From an uncultured Chloroflexia bacterium (GTDB lineage Bacteria > Chloroflexota > Chloroflexia > QHBQ01 > JADMIH01), in the NCBI GenBank assembly GCA_963797095.1, contig CAWCNY010000003.1, forward strand, positions 192,001 to 256,000: a stretch of DNA of 64,000 nucleotides, written 5' to 3'. The notes beneath the pieces are model-generated. The model saw nothing but the letters and a program-made list of their open reading frames with translations. It searched no databases and was not told the origin of the DNA. Made by a program: the position numbers and the translations under genes. Position 1 is the stretch's first letter, and each line of letters opens with the position of its first letter. Below, piece by piece: positions 49,330-58,619 of the stretch.

Positions 49330-51756
49330 ATGGCATCAGTAGCAGAGATCTTCCAAACAATGGAATACGGCCCGGCCCCCGAAGCCGCCAAACCCGGCCT
49401 CGACTGGATCGCGGCCCACCAGCCCTTCGGCCTCTTCATCGACGGCGAATGGCGCAAGCCCACCGGCGACCAATACTTCGACAGCAACAACCCATCCTCG
49501 GGCAAGCCCCTCGCCAAAATCGCCAAAGGCACCGCCGCCGACGTAGACACCGCCGTCAAAGCCGCCCGCAAAGCCTTCCAGACCTGGGGCAAAACCCCCG
49601 GCCACGTCCGCGCCCGCTACATCTATGCCATCGCCCGCCACATCCAGAAGCACTCCCGCCTCTTCGCCGTCATCGAATCCCTGGACAACGGCAAAACCAT
49701 CCGCGAGACGCGCGACATCGACATCCCCCTCGTAGCCCGCCACTTCTACTACCACTCGGGCTGGGCGCAACTCATGGAGACCGAGCTTCCCGGCAGGGTC
49801 CCCGTCGGCGTGGTCGGCCAGATCATCCCCTGGAACTTCCCCCTCCTCATGATGGCCTGGAAGATCGCCCCCGCCCTCGCCATGGGCAACACCGTCGTCC
49901 TCAAACCCGCCTCCTACACCCCCCTCACCGCCCTCCTCTTCGCAGACATCTGCCGCGAGGTCGGCCTCCCGCCCGGCGTGGTCAACATCGTCACAGGCGA
50001 TGCCCGCGACGCAGGCGAAGCCATCCTCTCCCACCCCGACATCAACAAGATCGCCTTCACAGGCTCCACCGACATTGGCCGCCACATCCGCAAAGTCACC
50101 GCCGGCAGCGGCAAGCGCCTCTCCCTCGAATTGGGCGGCAAATCCCCCTTCATCGTCTTCGACAACTCCGACCTCGACAGTGTCGTCGAAGGCGTGGTCG
50201 ACGCCATCTGGTTCAACCAGGGCCAGGTATGCTGCGCAGGCTCGCGCCTCCTCGCCCAGGAAGATATCGCCCCTCGCCTCGAACAGAAACTCCGCGCCCG
50301 CATGGAGCACCTGCAACTCGGCGACCCCCTCGACAAAGCCATGGACATCGGCGCTATAGTCGGCCCTACCCAGCTTCAGGAGATCACTCGCCTCGTCCAG
50401 ATCGGCCAGGACGAAGGTGCCACCATCTGGCAGCCCTCCTGGTCTTGCCCCACCGAAGGCTCCTTCTACCCGCCCACCCTCCTCACCAACGTCTCCCCAG
50501 CCTCCACCCTCGCCCAGACCGAGATCTTCGGCCCAGTCCTCGTCTCCATGACCTTCCGCACCCCCGCCGAAGCCGTCGCCCTCGCCAACAACACCCGCTA
50601 CGGCCTCGCCGCCTCCGTCTGGTCCGAAAACATCAACCTCGCCCTCGACGTAGCCGCCAAAATCAAAGCGGGCACCGTCTGGATCAACTGCACCAACTTC
50701 TTCGACGCCGCCTCAGGCTTCGGCGGCTACCGGGAAAGCGGCTACGGTCGCGAAGGCGGCAAAGAGGGTCTATGGGAATACGTCCGCCCCGCCTGGGAGC
50801 TATCCACTACCGAGCACCCAGTAACAAGCGACCCTCACCCGGTCAAGAAAAACGGCCACAAACCGCAGGAAAACGTACTCGGCACTCGGCACTCGGCGCT
50901 CGGCACTCCTTCCATCGACCGCACCCCCAAGCTCTTCATCGGCGGCAAGCAGGCCCGCCCAAACTCCGGCTACAGCCTCCCCGTCTACGGCCCCAATGGC
51001 GACCAAATAGGCGAGGTGGGCGAAGGCAACCGCAAAGACATCCGCAACGCCGTCGAGGCCGCCCACGCCGCCTCAGGCTGGGCCTCCGCCACAGGCCACA
51101 ACAAAGGCCAGATCCTCTACTACATCGCCGAAAACCTCTCCACCCGCGCCGAAGAATTCGCCCACCGCCTGGTCCTCCAGACCGGATGCTCCCAAAAAGA
51201 AGCCGACGCCGAAGTCGAAGCCTCCATAGAACGTCTCTTCACCTACGCGGCCTACGCCGACAAGTACGACGGCCTCGTCCACCGCACGCCCCTCCGCAAC
51301 ATCACCATCGCCATGCCCGAACCAATCGGCGTCATGGGTATCGTCTGCCCCGAACAATCCCCCCTCCTCGGCTTCGTCTCCCTCGTCGCCCCCGCCATCG
51401 CCATGGGCAACACCGTCGTCGTCATCCCCTCCCAATCCCACCCCCTCAGCGCCACCGACTTCTACCAGATCCTCGAAACCTCCGATGTACCCTCAGGCGT
51501 GGTCAACATAGTCACAGGCCCCAAAGACACCATCGTCAAAGTCCTCGCCGAGCACGACGACGTGGACTCCGTCTGGTACTTCGGCACACCCGAAGGCAGC
51601 AAGATGGTCGAGCTAGCCTCAGCAGGCAACATGAAGCGCACATGGGTCAACTACGGCCACCCCCGCGACTGGACCTCCCCCGAGCAAGGCGAAGGCCAGG
51701 AGTACCTCCGCGAAGCCACCCAGGTCAAAAACATCTGGACCCCTTACGGTGAATAA
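49330..51756 (+). CDS. Aldehyde dehydrogenase, ALDH16-type (full domain plus second truncated domain)
   Basis: IIPWNFP, FTGST, LELGGK, catalytic FNQGQVCCAG, EIFGP; second ALDH-like half ending KNIWTPYGE; usual deoC partner. Confidence 0.93.
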   Translation: MASVAEIFQTMEYGPAPEAAKPGLDWIAAHQPFGLFIDGEWRKPTGDQYFDSNNPSSGKPLAKIAKGTAADVDTAVKAARKAFQTWGKTPGHVRARYIYAIARHIQKHSRLFAVIESLDNGKTIRETRDIDIPLVARHFYYHSGWAQLMETELPGRVPVGVVGQIIPWNFPLLMMAWKIAPALAMGNTVVLKPASYTPLTALLFADICREVGLPPGVVNIVTGDARDAGEAILSHPDINKIAFTGSTDIGRHIRKVTAGSGKRLSLELGGKSPFIVFDNSDLDSVVEGVVDAIWFNQGQVCCAGSRLLAQEDIAPRLEQKLRARMEHLQLGDPLDKAMDIGAIVGPTQLQEITRLVQIGQDEGATIWQPSWSCPTEGSFYPPTLLTNVSPASTLAQTEIFGPVLVSMTFRTPAEAVALANNTRYGLAASVWSENINLALDVAAKIKAGTVWINCTNFFDAASGFGGYRESGYGREGGKEGLWEYVRPAWELSTTEHPVTSDPHPVKKNGHKPQENVLGTRHSALGTPSIDRTPKLFIGGKQARPNSGYSLPVYGPNGDQIGEVGEGNRKDIRNAVEAAHAASGWASATGHNKGQILYYIAENLSTRAEEFAHRLVLQTGCSQKEADAEVEASIERLFTYAAYADKYDGLVHRTPLRNITIAMPEPIGVMGIVCPEQSPLLGFVSLVAPAIAMGNTVVVIPSQSHPLSATDFYQILETSDVPSGVVNIVTGPKDTIVKVLAEHDDVDSVWYFGTPEGSKMVELASAGNMKRTWVNYGHPRDWTSPEQGEGQEYLREATQVKNIWTPYGE

Positions 51757-51790
51757 TGCCAGTTGGAGCAAGATAAGCGTGCGCACGAAT

Positions 51791-51837
51791 TAGCCCCGGA
51801 GGGGCAAAAGAGAGTAGCCCCATGCGTAAGCGTGGGG
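51791..51837. repeat. Single REP-like unit of the same family as 14473-14762
   Basis: GCCCCGGAGGGGC-AAAAGAGAGTAG-CCCCATGCGTAAGCGTGGGG. Confidence 0.75.
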
Positions 51838-51857
51838 TTCCCGTCAAGGCCCAACAT

Positions 51858-52842
51858 GGGGATCGAGCATCATCGGAGCAGAGAACAACGCTAAGGTGTT
51901 CAGTTTAGTGGACAATTTGGCTGGCAAACTGTATGATCTGGGCCATGAAGAGCCATGAGAGTCCACAAGCGTTCCGCCAACGGGTTCTGAGGCAACAGCG
52001 GATACTTACTCGGCTTCGCCTGGCCGCAACCCACCTTGCCGATGCCCAGTTGGAGCGCACCTGGGCTATCGTTTCGGCTCATCAGCAGGGGCTATCCGTC
52101 CGCCAAATAGCCGCTGCTACTGGCCTCAGTGCTGCTCGCGTCCATCAACTACTCAGTAGCGCAGATGCTCAGCAAATCCCTCGCTGGCTCTCTCGCTTGC
52201 GCGAGGAACAAGGAGAGGAGGGAGCGGCCCAACCTGAGCAGACCAGCCAGCTATCCTTGACTGATGAACAGTCCCCATCGCCACAGCCACAGCCACAGCC
52301 AACTCAAATTCCAGCATCATCCCAATCACTCCGACCGCTCCAATCGTCGGAGTTGGAAGCAGAATTGGAAGCAGAAGTAGCAGTGCTACGCCGGTGTATC
52401 GGTTGGCTCGAGCAACTGGAGCGAGGGGAGATGGTGGTAGTGAATATGCACCTGGAAACCGATGCTGAGACCGAGTATGTGCGCTTCGACGGGGAGAGGG
52501 TGCGTCGGATACTGGAGAGGATAGCAGCAGATGTGGAGAAGTTAGCCCATCAAGGGCGAGAAGGAAGCACACAAGCACCGACCAACGTCTCAGCTCTCCC
52601 ACAAGGGGAACAGACCCAACCACACGCACAGCCACAACGGCAAGAAGAGGACGCACTCGCAAGGCATCGCCACCGACTGGCGGAACCACCTCCCAAGGAA
52701 CGGAACCTCAGTCCCAAAGAAGAACGGGCAGCTCTACGAGCCAAACTAGGTTTACCTCCAAAATAAGATACAGCGCGCTCAGTGTTGTTCACTAAACTGA
52801 ACACCTTAGCGTTGTTCTCTGCTCCGATGATGCTCGATCCCC
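51858..52842. mobile_element. Non-autonomous Tn3-family mini-element (985 bp)
   Basis: Perfect 38-bp IR GGGGATCGAGCATCATCGGAGCAGAGAACAACGCTAAG at both ends, extended inward by 20 bp with one mismatch; no transposase; no 5-bp target duplication (AACAT vs ATCTG). Confidence 0.88.
51945..52766 (+). CDS. Helix-turn-helix protein, sole passenger of the mini-element
   Basis: GLSVRQIAAATGLSAARVHQLL HTH; TGGACA-N17-TATGAT promoter ends 7 nt before the ATG. Confidence 0.8.
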   Translation: MKSHESPQAFRQRVLRQQRILTRLRLAATHLADAQLERTWAIVSAHQQGLSVRQIAAATGLSAARVHQLLSSADAQQIPRWLSRLREEQGEEGAAQPEQTSQLSLTDEQSPSPQPQPQPTQIPASSQSLRPLQSSELEAELEAEVAVLRRCIGWLEQLERGEMVVVNMHLETDAETEYVRFDGERVRRILERIAADVEKLAHQGREGSTQAPTNVSALPQGEQTQPHAQPQRQEEDALARHRHRLAEPPPKERNLSPKEERAALRAKLGLPPK

Positions 52843-53069
52843 ATCTGGGTGCTTTCCCTGCACACGAATTTGTGGCGCTCGCCTTTGCCCAACACTACGC
52901 TCATACGGGCGGCAAGCCGCAGCGAGATGCAATATATCACCTGTACCGATTCTACGGCCCCAGGACGGGCCGCGACATCATGAGCTACATACGCATCATC
53001 ACAGTGGGCAACCTGGCGGGCAATAGCGTCGATGCTCTATTGGACAAGATCATGAGGCGGTTCAGATAG
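52843..53069 (+). pseudogene. 3' fragment of a CMD/AhpD-like gene truncated at the transposon end
   Basis: LGAFPAHEFVALAFAQHYA...YIRIITVGNLAGNSVDAL begins exactly at the right IR; the 5' half is not present left of the element. Confidence 0.6.
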
Positions 53070-53220
53070 GCCATGGTCCTGGTATGTTGTTTACCCGTAT
53101 ATACTCGAATTTACACTTTTAGCCTTCATACTGCTCTATATCATTCACAATTTTATAGATCGCCGTACCGCTACACTCTGTGATGGCGCGAACCCGAACT
53201 CATACACGATCTGCACTTGG

Positions 53221-53254
53221 TCTCCATCAAGTCTCCATATCTGCCCGCTAAACT
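53221..53254 (+). promoter_or_regulatory. Putative OmpR/BaeR-type direct-repeat box with -10 element
   Basis: TCTCCAT-N4-TCTCCAT (11-bp period) then TAAACT; upstream of an operon containing an OmpR-family regulator. Confidence 0.55.
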
Positions 53255-53320
53255 GTAACCAGAAGGCCGGAAACACAGACCGGTTTCAATAAAGAAGGTA
53301 GATAAGAAAGGGGACAGAAA

Positions 53321-53983
53321 ATGAAAACCAGAATCGTTGCAATAATAGCGGGATTGGCAGCCTTGCTCCTGATGGCCGTTGCAGTAGCACCCGGCGTGCT
53401 TGCTCAGGCACCAACACCCACGACACCCACGACACCCACGACCGCCCAGAATGGCAACGGCAACGGGAATGGCTACGGGGCGGGAAACGGCGGCGGGATG
53501 ATGGCCGGCACACGGAATGGAACAGGAATGGGCATGGGCGCGATGATGGGAGGAACGGGCTTGTCGCTAATTGACGTGGCTGCCGACAAGCTGGGGATGA
53601 CCCGCGCCGACCTGGTGGCCACCCTCGGCGGTACCAGGAGCATTGCCCAGGTGGCTGGTGAGCGTAACGTAGCAGTCAGCACCATTGTTGATGCCTTCCT
53701 CGCCCCCAGGGCCGAGCGGATGGACGCAATGGTAACGGCAGGTAGGCTCACACGCGAGCAGGCCGACCTGATGCTTGCCACGATGCGCACGCAGGTCACC
53801 GAGCAGATAAACGAGATCTGGGCTCCGCAGGGAGCTGGTACCGGCACCGGCACTGGCACGGGCACCGGATACGTTGACAGCGACGGCGATGGTGTATGCG
53901 ACAACATGCCTTCCAATGGCAATAGCAACGGCAACGGCAATGGCCGCGGGATGCACGGACCGGGCATGGGGCCGAACCGGTAA
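53321..53983 (+). CDS. Secreted Gly/Met-rich protein with an EF-hand-like motif
   Basis: Signal peptide; GNG and GT repeats; AADKLGMT..L helical core; YVDSDGDGVCD. Confidence 0.8.
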   Translation: MKTRIVAIIAGLAALLLMAVAVAPGVLAQAPTPTTPTTPTTAQNGNGNGNGYGAGNGGGMMAGTRNGTGMGMGAMMGGTGLSLIDVAADKLGMTRADLVATLGGTRSIAQVAGERNVAVSTIVDAFLAPRAERMDAMVTAGRLTREQADLMLATMRTQVTEQINEIWAPQGAGTGTGTGTGTGYVDSDGDGVCDNMPSNGNSNGNGNGRGMHGPGMGPNR

Positions 53984-54016
53984 TGATGAAAGCACCGGAT
54001 GGGAAGCTGTAGATAA

Positions 54017-54067
54017 AACCTCCATGGCAGACGTTGGATGTCCGATCCAACGTCTGCCATGGAGGTT
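54017..54067. terminator. Perfect 23-bp intercistronic hairpin (terminator or mRNA stabiliser)
   Basis: AACCTCCATGGCAGACGTTGGAT-GTCCG-ATCCAACGTCTGCCATGGAGGTT; weak U-tail. Confidence 0.6.
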
Positions 54068-54102
54068 CAACAGGCATTCAAGAAGTACCTAACAGGCATA
54101 AC

Positions 54103-54831
54103 ATGACACAACGTATACTTATCGTAGATGATGACAGGCAGATCGTGCGGCTCGTCGGCTCTTATCTTGAGCAGGCGGGCTTCCAGGTATCGACGGCTTA
54201 CGACGGTGAAAGTGCCCTGCGTGAGGTGCGAAGCGCCAGGCCCGATCTCGTGGTGCTAGACCTCATGCTGCCCGACCGCGACGGTTGGGAGGTAACGCGC
54301 TCCATTCGCTCAGATGCAGCTGTTGAAGCCACCCCCATCATCATGCTCACGGCACGTATTGAGGATACCGATAAGATCATCGGGCTGGAAGTTGGCGCTG
54401 ACGACTATATCACAAAGCCTTTCAACCCGCGTGAGGTCGTGGCCAGGGTACGCGCGGTGCTGCGCCGCACATCAGGAGGCCCGGTTCTACCCAGTGTGCT
54501 CACCGCCGGCGATATTGTCATGGACCTCGACCGGCACGTTGTGAATATCGGTGAGACCCACGTCGAGCTTACCCCAGCGGAGTTCGGCCTGCTCAAAACT
54601 TTCATGGAGAACCCGGAGCACGCTTTCACACGCTCACAGCTCATAGATAAGGGGCTTGGCTACAGCTACGAAGGTATGGAGCGAACGGTCGACAGCCATA
54701 TCAAGAATCTACGCAAGAAGATCGAATCCGATCCCGCGAGGCCCGCCTATATACAATCGGTGTTCGGGGTGGGTTACCGGTTACACCTGCGGGAGGAGAA
54801 ACCGGCACCAGAAAAGAGCACACACAGATGA
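54103..54831 (+). CDS. OmpR-family response regulator
   Basis: ILIVDDD, VLDLMLP, GADDYITKPF, RTVDSHIKNLRKK, VFGVGY. Confidence 0.96.
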   Translation: MTQRILIVDDDRQIVRLVGSYLEQAGFQVSTAYDGESALREVRSARPDLVVLDLMLPDRDGWEVTRSIRSDAAVEATPIIMLTARIEDTDKIIGLEVGADDYITKPFNPREVVARVRAVLRRTSGGPVLPSVLTAGDIVMDLDRHVVNIGETHVELTPAEFGLLKTFMENPEHAFTRSQLIDKGLGYSYEGMERTVDSHIKNLRKKIESDPARPAYIQSVFGVGYRLHLREEKPAPEKSTHR

Positions 54832-56381
54832 ATACTCTGTGGGTAAGGCTGACTGTTGCGTTCACAAGCGCCACGCTTGTCAGCATAGTGACAGTTGCCC
54901 TGGTGACCAACAGCCAGGTAAGCGCCGATTTTCGCCGCTTCTATATGCACAGTCAGGTCCAGCAATCCGGGCTTGTGGAGCGGCTGGGAGAATATTACGG
55001 CAATACCGGCAGTTGGAATGGGGTAGAAGCCGTGCTCGCCGGAACCGGTCAGGGTACTGGTACCGGTCAGGGTGCAGGCCGCGGGGCAGGACAGGGTATG
55101 GGACAGGGGCAGGGGCAGGGGCAGGGGCAGGGCATGGGTATGATGTACGGTGCCCCGGGCTACACGCTGCTCGACGCGGGCAGAAGCGTGGTGTACAGCA
55201 CCACGGGAACGGGCACAGGGAACGCCGCTCACATAAGCCAGGCCGACCTTGACGACGCGCTGCCAATCGCATGGCAGGGGCAAACCGTTGGATACCTGGC
55301 CCTCGATTCACCGGGGCGCGACGATATGGGTATGAGCGCACCCGCCCAGCTTTTCCTGACGCAAGTCAACACCTCGCTGTGGCAGGCCGCACTGTTCGCG
55401 GTGGCATTGGCCCTGGTGCTTGGTCTCTTGATGGCGCGGGGCCTTTCTGCCCCGCTGGATCGCCTGTCGACGGCTGCCAGGCGGATAGCACGCGGCGATT
55501 TAGACCAGCGCGTCTCGGCTGCCGGACCCATAGGCGGTACGCGAGAGGTAGCAGGTCTCGCTTTGGCGTTCAACGATATGGCACAAAACCTGCGCCAGGC
55601 CGAGCAGTTGCGTAGAAATATGGTGGCGGACATCGCCCACGAGCTGCGCACACCTCTTACCGTGCTCCAGGGCAATCTCCAGGCAATCCTCGACGGCGTG
55701 TACCCGCTCGACAAGAACGAAATTGCGGCCATTCACGAGGAGACACTCATACTAAGCAGGCTTGTGGGCGACCTGCATGAACTCTCGCAGGCGGAAGCCG
55801 GACAACTCAAATTGGACATGCAGCCGACCGATATTGCCCCTCTTGTTGAGAGCGTGGTCGCGATGTTCAGGGAAGCCGCGGCAGACAAGCAGATCGCCCT
55901 GGAAATTGATGTTCCCGGTCATAACGAGCGCATGGAGTCCAGACTCTTCGCAGTGGCCGACGCAGACCGTACGCGGCAGATCGTCCACAATCTCCTGGCA
56001 AACGCTCTTCAGCACACCCCGCCGGGAGGCAGAATCGTCGTGCGCGTAGCTCGAGGGGATGTGTCGCGCGTGGATGTGCCGCAGAAAGTTGGCCCCAGCC
56101 TGGATACCCTCGACTCGGCAGACGCCATTAAGGTATCGGTGCTGGACACAGGTGTGGGCATGTCGGCCGAAGAGCTACCTCATGTATTCGACCGCTTCTG
56201 GCGGGCCGACAGGTCGCGATCCAGAGAGCGTGGCGGATCGGGCCTGGGGCTTGCCATCGCCCGTTACCTGGTGGAAGGCCAGGGAGGGCAGATAGGTGCG
56301 GAGAGTGAGATAGGCAAGGGCAGTTGCTTCTGGTTTAGCCTGCCCTCTGTAAAGAGCGTCACTTTGGTCACAGGCTCATAG
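54828..56381 (+). CDS. BaeS-like HAMP sensor histidine kinase
   Basis: Two TM helices, GQ-repeat extracellular loop, HAMP, AHELRTPL, NLLANA, DTGVG, GSGLGL. Confidence 0.95.
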   Translation: MNTLWVRLTVAFTSATLVSIVTVALVTNSQVSADFRRFYMHSQVQQSGLVERLGEYYGNTGSWNGVEAVLAGTGQGTGTGQGAGRGAGQGMGQGQGQGQGQGMGMMYGAPGYTLLDAGRSVVYSTTGTGTGNAAHISQADLDDALPIAWQGQTVGYLALDSPGRDDMGMSAPAQLFLTQVNTSLWQAALFAVALALVLGLLMARGLSAPLDRLSTAARRIARGDLDQRVSAAGPIGGTREVAGLALAFNDMAQNLRQAEQLRRNMVADIAHELRTPLTVLQGNLQAILDGVYPLDKNEIAAIHEETLILSRLVGDLHELSQAEAGQLKLDMQPTDIAPLVESVVAMFREAAADKQIALEIDVPGHNERMESRLFAVADADRTRQIVHNLLANALQHTPPGGRIVVRVARGDVSRVDVPQKVGPSLDTLDSADAIKVSVLDTGVGMSAEELPHVFDRFWRADRSRSRERGGSGLGLAIARYLVEGQGGQIGAESEIGKGSCFWFSLPSVKSVTLVTGS

Positions 56382-56495
56382 CGTGTTGTCCTTTTAACCT
56401 GTCTGCTTTATTGTTGTGCCATGCACACATGTACAGCAGTTGCAGTCTCTCCGTGACATTCCGAGAAGTTCGGACTGAAAGGCAAAATCAATAGA

Positions 56496-58262
56496 ATGAA
56501 AACAGTGATTGTTGGCGGGGTAGCCGCGGGCATGTCCGCTGCGGCACGCTTGCGGCGTCTCGATGAGAGTGCAGAAATTGTCGTGCTTGAGCGGGACCAT
56601 TACGTCTCCTATGCCAATTGCGGCCTGCCATACCATATTGGAGGCGAGATTGAGGACCGCGAGAAGTTGCTCATCGTAACGCCCGACCATCTGCGCACTA
56701 CGCTCGCGATCGATGTGCGCACCGGGCACGAGGTCACAGCGATTGACCGCGCTGCCAGGAGAGTGGCCGTGCGCGAAAAGGCGGACGGCAGGGACGGTAC
56801 GGAGGGTATGAAAGGCAAGGTGTACACCGAATCGTACGATACACTCGTGCTCGCGCTGGGCGGCGAGCCGGTTCGCCCGCTGGTGCCCGGTATCGACCAC
56901 CCGCGCATCTTTACACTGCGCACCATCCCGGACATGGACCTCATCAAAGCACAGGTTGATAACGGTGCCCGGCGCGCTGTGGTGATCGGTGCAAGCTATA
57001 TCGGGATCGAGATGGTGGAGGCGCTGCACCGGCGCGGCCTCTCGGTCGACCTGGTCGAGTTGCAGGATCAGGTAATGCCCTTGCTCGACGAGGAGATGGC
57101 TGCTGACCTCAGCTACCACATGGAGTACCGCGGCGTCACACTCCACCTTGGCACTGCCGCACAGTCATTTGCTGATATGGCAGGGCGCGTCGAAGTATCG
57201 CTCGCTAACGGTGTGACGCTGCTTGCAGATATGGTGGTCATGGCTGTAGGTGTGCGCCCGGCAACCAATCTTGCAAAGGAGGCCGGGTTGGAGCTTGGGC
57301 CTCGCGGTGGGCTCAAGGTCGATGCGCATATGCGCACCTCCGACCCCAACATTTACGCTGTAGGCGATATGGTTGAGGTGATCGATACAGTAACTGGTGA
57401 GCCTGCGATCATCGCGCTGGCAGGGCCTGCGAACAGGCAGGGCCGTATCGTGGCCGAGAACATAGCAGGGAGGGAGAGCCGTTACACCACCACGCAGGGT
57501 ACGGCCATCGTCAGGGTCCTCGATATGGTTTGTGCGGTCACCGGCGCGTCAGAGAAGGCGCTGCAGCAAGTCGGGCGTCCCTACCGTAAGATCTATCTGC
57601 ACCCATCCAGCCATGCCGGCTATTATCCGGGCGCGTCATCAATGCACCTGAAATTGCTGTTCGCACCGGACGACGGCAGATTGCTCGGCGCGCAGATAGT
57701 GGGCTTCGACGGTGTGGACAAGCGTATCGACGTGCTGGCAACTGCCATCCGAGCCGAAATGACGGTTTATGACCTGGAGCAACTTGAGTTGGCCTATGCT
57801 CCACCCTACGGCTCGGCTAAAGACCCGATCAATATGGCCGGATTTGTTGCCTCCAACCTGCTTCGGGGAGACGTAACTTTCTGGTACGCCGAGGACTATC
57901 CAGAAGCTATTGTGGACGCAATGATCGTGGACGTGCGCGGTCAGCAGGAATATGACGAGTGGCACATAGATGGAGCGTTCCATTTTCCACTTACGGATTT
58001 GCGCGGCCGTTTGGAAGAGTTACGCGCGCAGGCGGGCGGACGGCGTGTGCTGCTCTATTGCACGGTCGGCTTCCGCAGCTACCTGGCGTATCGCATCCTC
58101 GTGCAGAGCGGCTTCAAAAGCGTTGCCACGCTGGCGGGCGGCGGGCAGACCTTTGCTGGCTATCATCCCTCTCCACTGGCGACCGGGCGCCCACCAGAAC
58201 CGTTTGTCTCTCATGCCGAAGAGGACATTCATGCGCAATATGAACTGGTGGGAGACATGTAG
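56496..58262 (+). CDS. CoA-disulfide/persulfide reductase with C-terminal rhodanese domain
   Basis: VGGVAAG, SYANCGLPY redox Cys, HAGYYPG, LAYAPPY; rhodanese DVR...YCTVGFRS. Confidence 0.93.
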   Translation: MKTVIVGGVAAGMSAAARLRRLDESAEIVVLERDHYVSYANCGLPYHIGGEIEDREKLLIVTPDHLRTTLAIDVRTGHEVTAIDRAARRVAVREKADGRDGTEGMKGKVYTESYDTLVLALGGEPVRPLVPGIDHPRIFTLRTIPDMDLIKAQVDNGARRAVVIGASYIGIEMVEALHRRGLSVDLVELQDQVMPLLDEEMAADLSYHMEYRGVTLHLGTAAQSFADMAGRVEVSLANGVTLLADMVVMAVGVRPATNLAKEAGLELGPRGGLKVDAHMRTSDPNIYAVGDMVEVIDTVTGEPAIIALAGPANRQGRIVAENIAGRESRYTTTQGTAIVRVLDMVCAVTGASEKALQQVGRPYRKIYLHPSSHAGYYPGASSMHLKLLFAPDDGRLLGAQIVGFDGVDKRIDVLATAIRAEMTVYDLEQLELAYAPPYGSAKDPINMAGFVASNLLRGDVTFWYAEDYPEAIVDAMIVDVRGQQEYDEWHIDGAFHFPLTDLRGRLEELRAQAGGRRVLLYCTVGFRSYLAYRILVQSGFKSVATLAGGGQTFAGYHPSPLATGRPPEPFVSHAEEDIHAQYELVGDM

Positions 58263-58268
58263 AAAGGG

Positions 58269-58297
58269 TGTAACCTTTTCGCGACTCTCTGCATCTA
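58269..58297 (+). promoter_or_regulatory. Putative ECF sigma promoter
   Basis: TGTAACC-N16-CATCTA upstream of the FmdB and ECF sigma genes. Confidence 0.5.
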
Positions 58298-58385
58298 ACT
58301 GATTAGAGGGAAGTTGATGCGCCCACAACAACCAGCAATTGGTGGGTACGATACGTACGACACAGGCGCGATAAGGGACAGATAT

Positions 58386-58619
58386 ATGCCGATTTACGAG
58401 TACAGGTGCGAAGGATGCGGGCATAGGTTCGAAGCGTGGCTGCGCTCTTCGCAAAGCCACGAACCGGCCGAATGCCCGAGCTGCAACGAGAGAGCGATCA
58501 AGCGGATGCCTTCGCTCTTCGGCACGACCAGCACTACCAGGCCGGCAAGCACGTTGGGAGCTATGGGAGCTCTGTCCGGCACGGTCCATAGCTCTTGTGG
58601 ACCTGCGGCGAGCGGCTGA
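58386..58619 (+). CDS. FmdB-family zinc ribbon protein
   Basis: MPIYEYRCEGCGHRFE...CPSC. Confidence 0.9.
   Translation: MPIYEYRCEGCGHRFEAWLRSSQSHEPAECPSCNERAIKRMPSLFGTTSTTRPASTLGAMGALSGTVHSSCGPAASG

Noticed and set aside
32100-49330. Integron cassette array explaining the inserted low-GC genes
   Set aside because: No attC-like RYYYAAC...GTTRRRY hairpins were seen at the junctions, and the only tyrosine recombinase is not IntI-like
49449-51752. 767-aa ORF nested in the aldehyde dehydrogenase
   Set aside because: Same shadow-frame artefact of extreme codon bias
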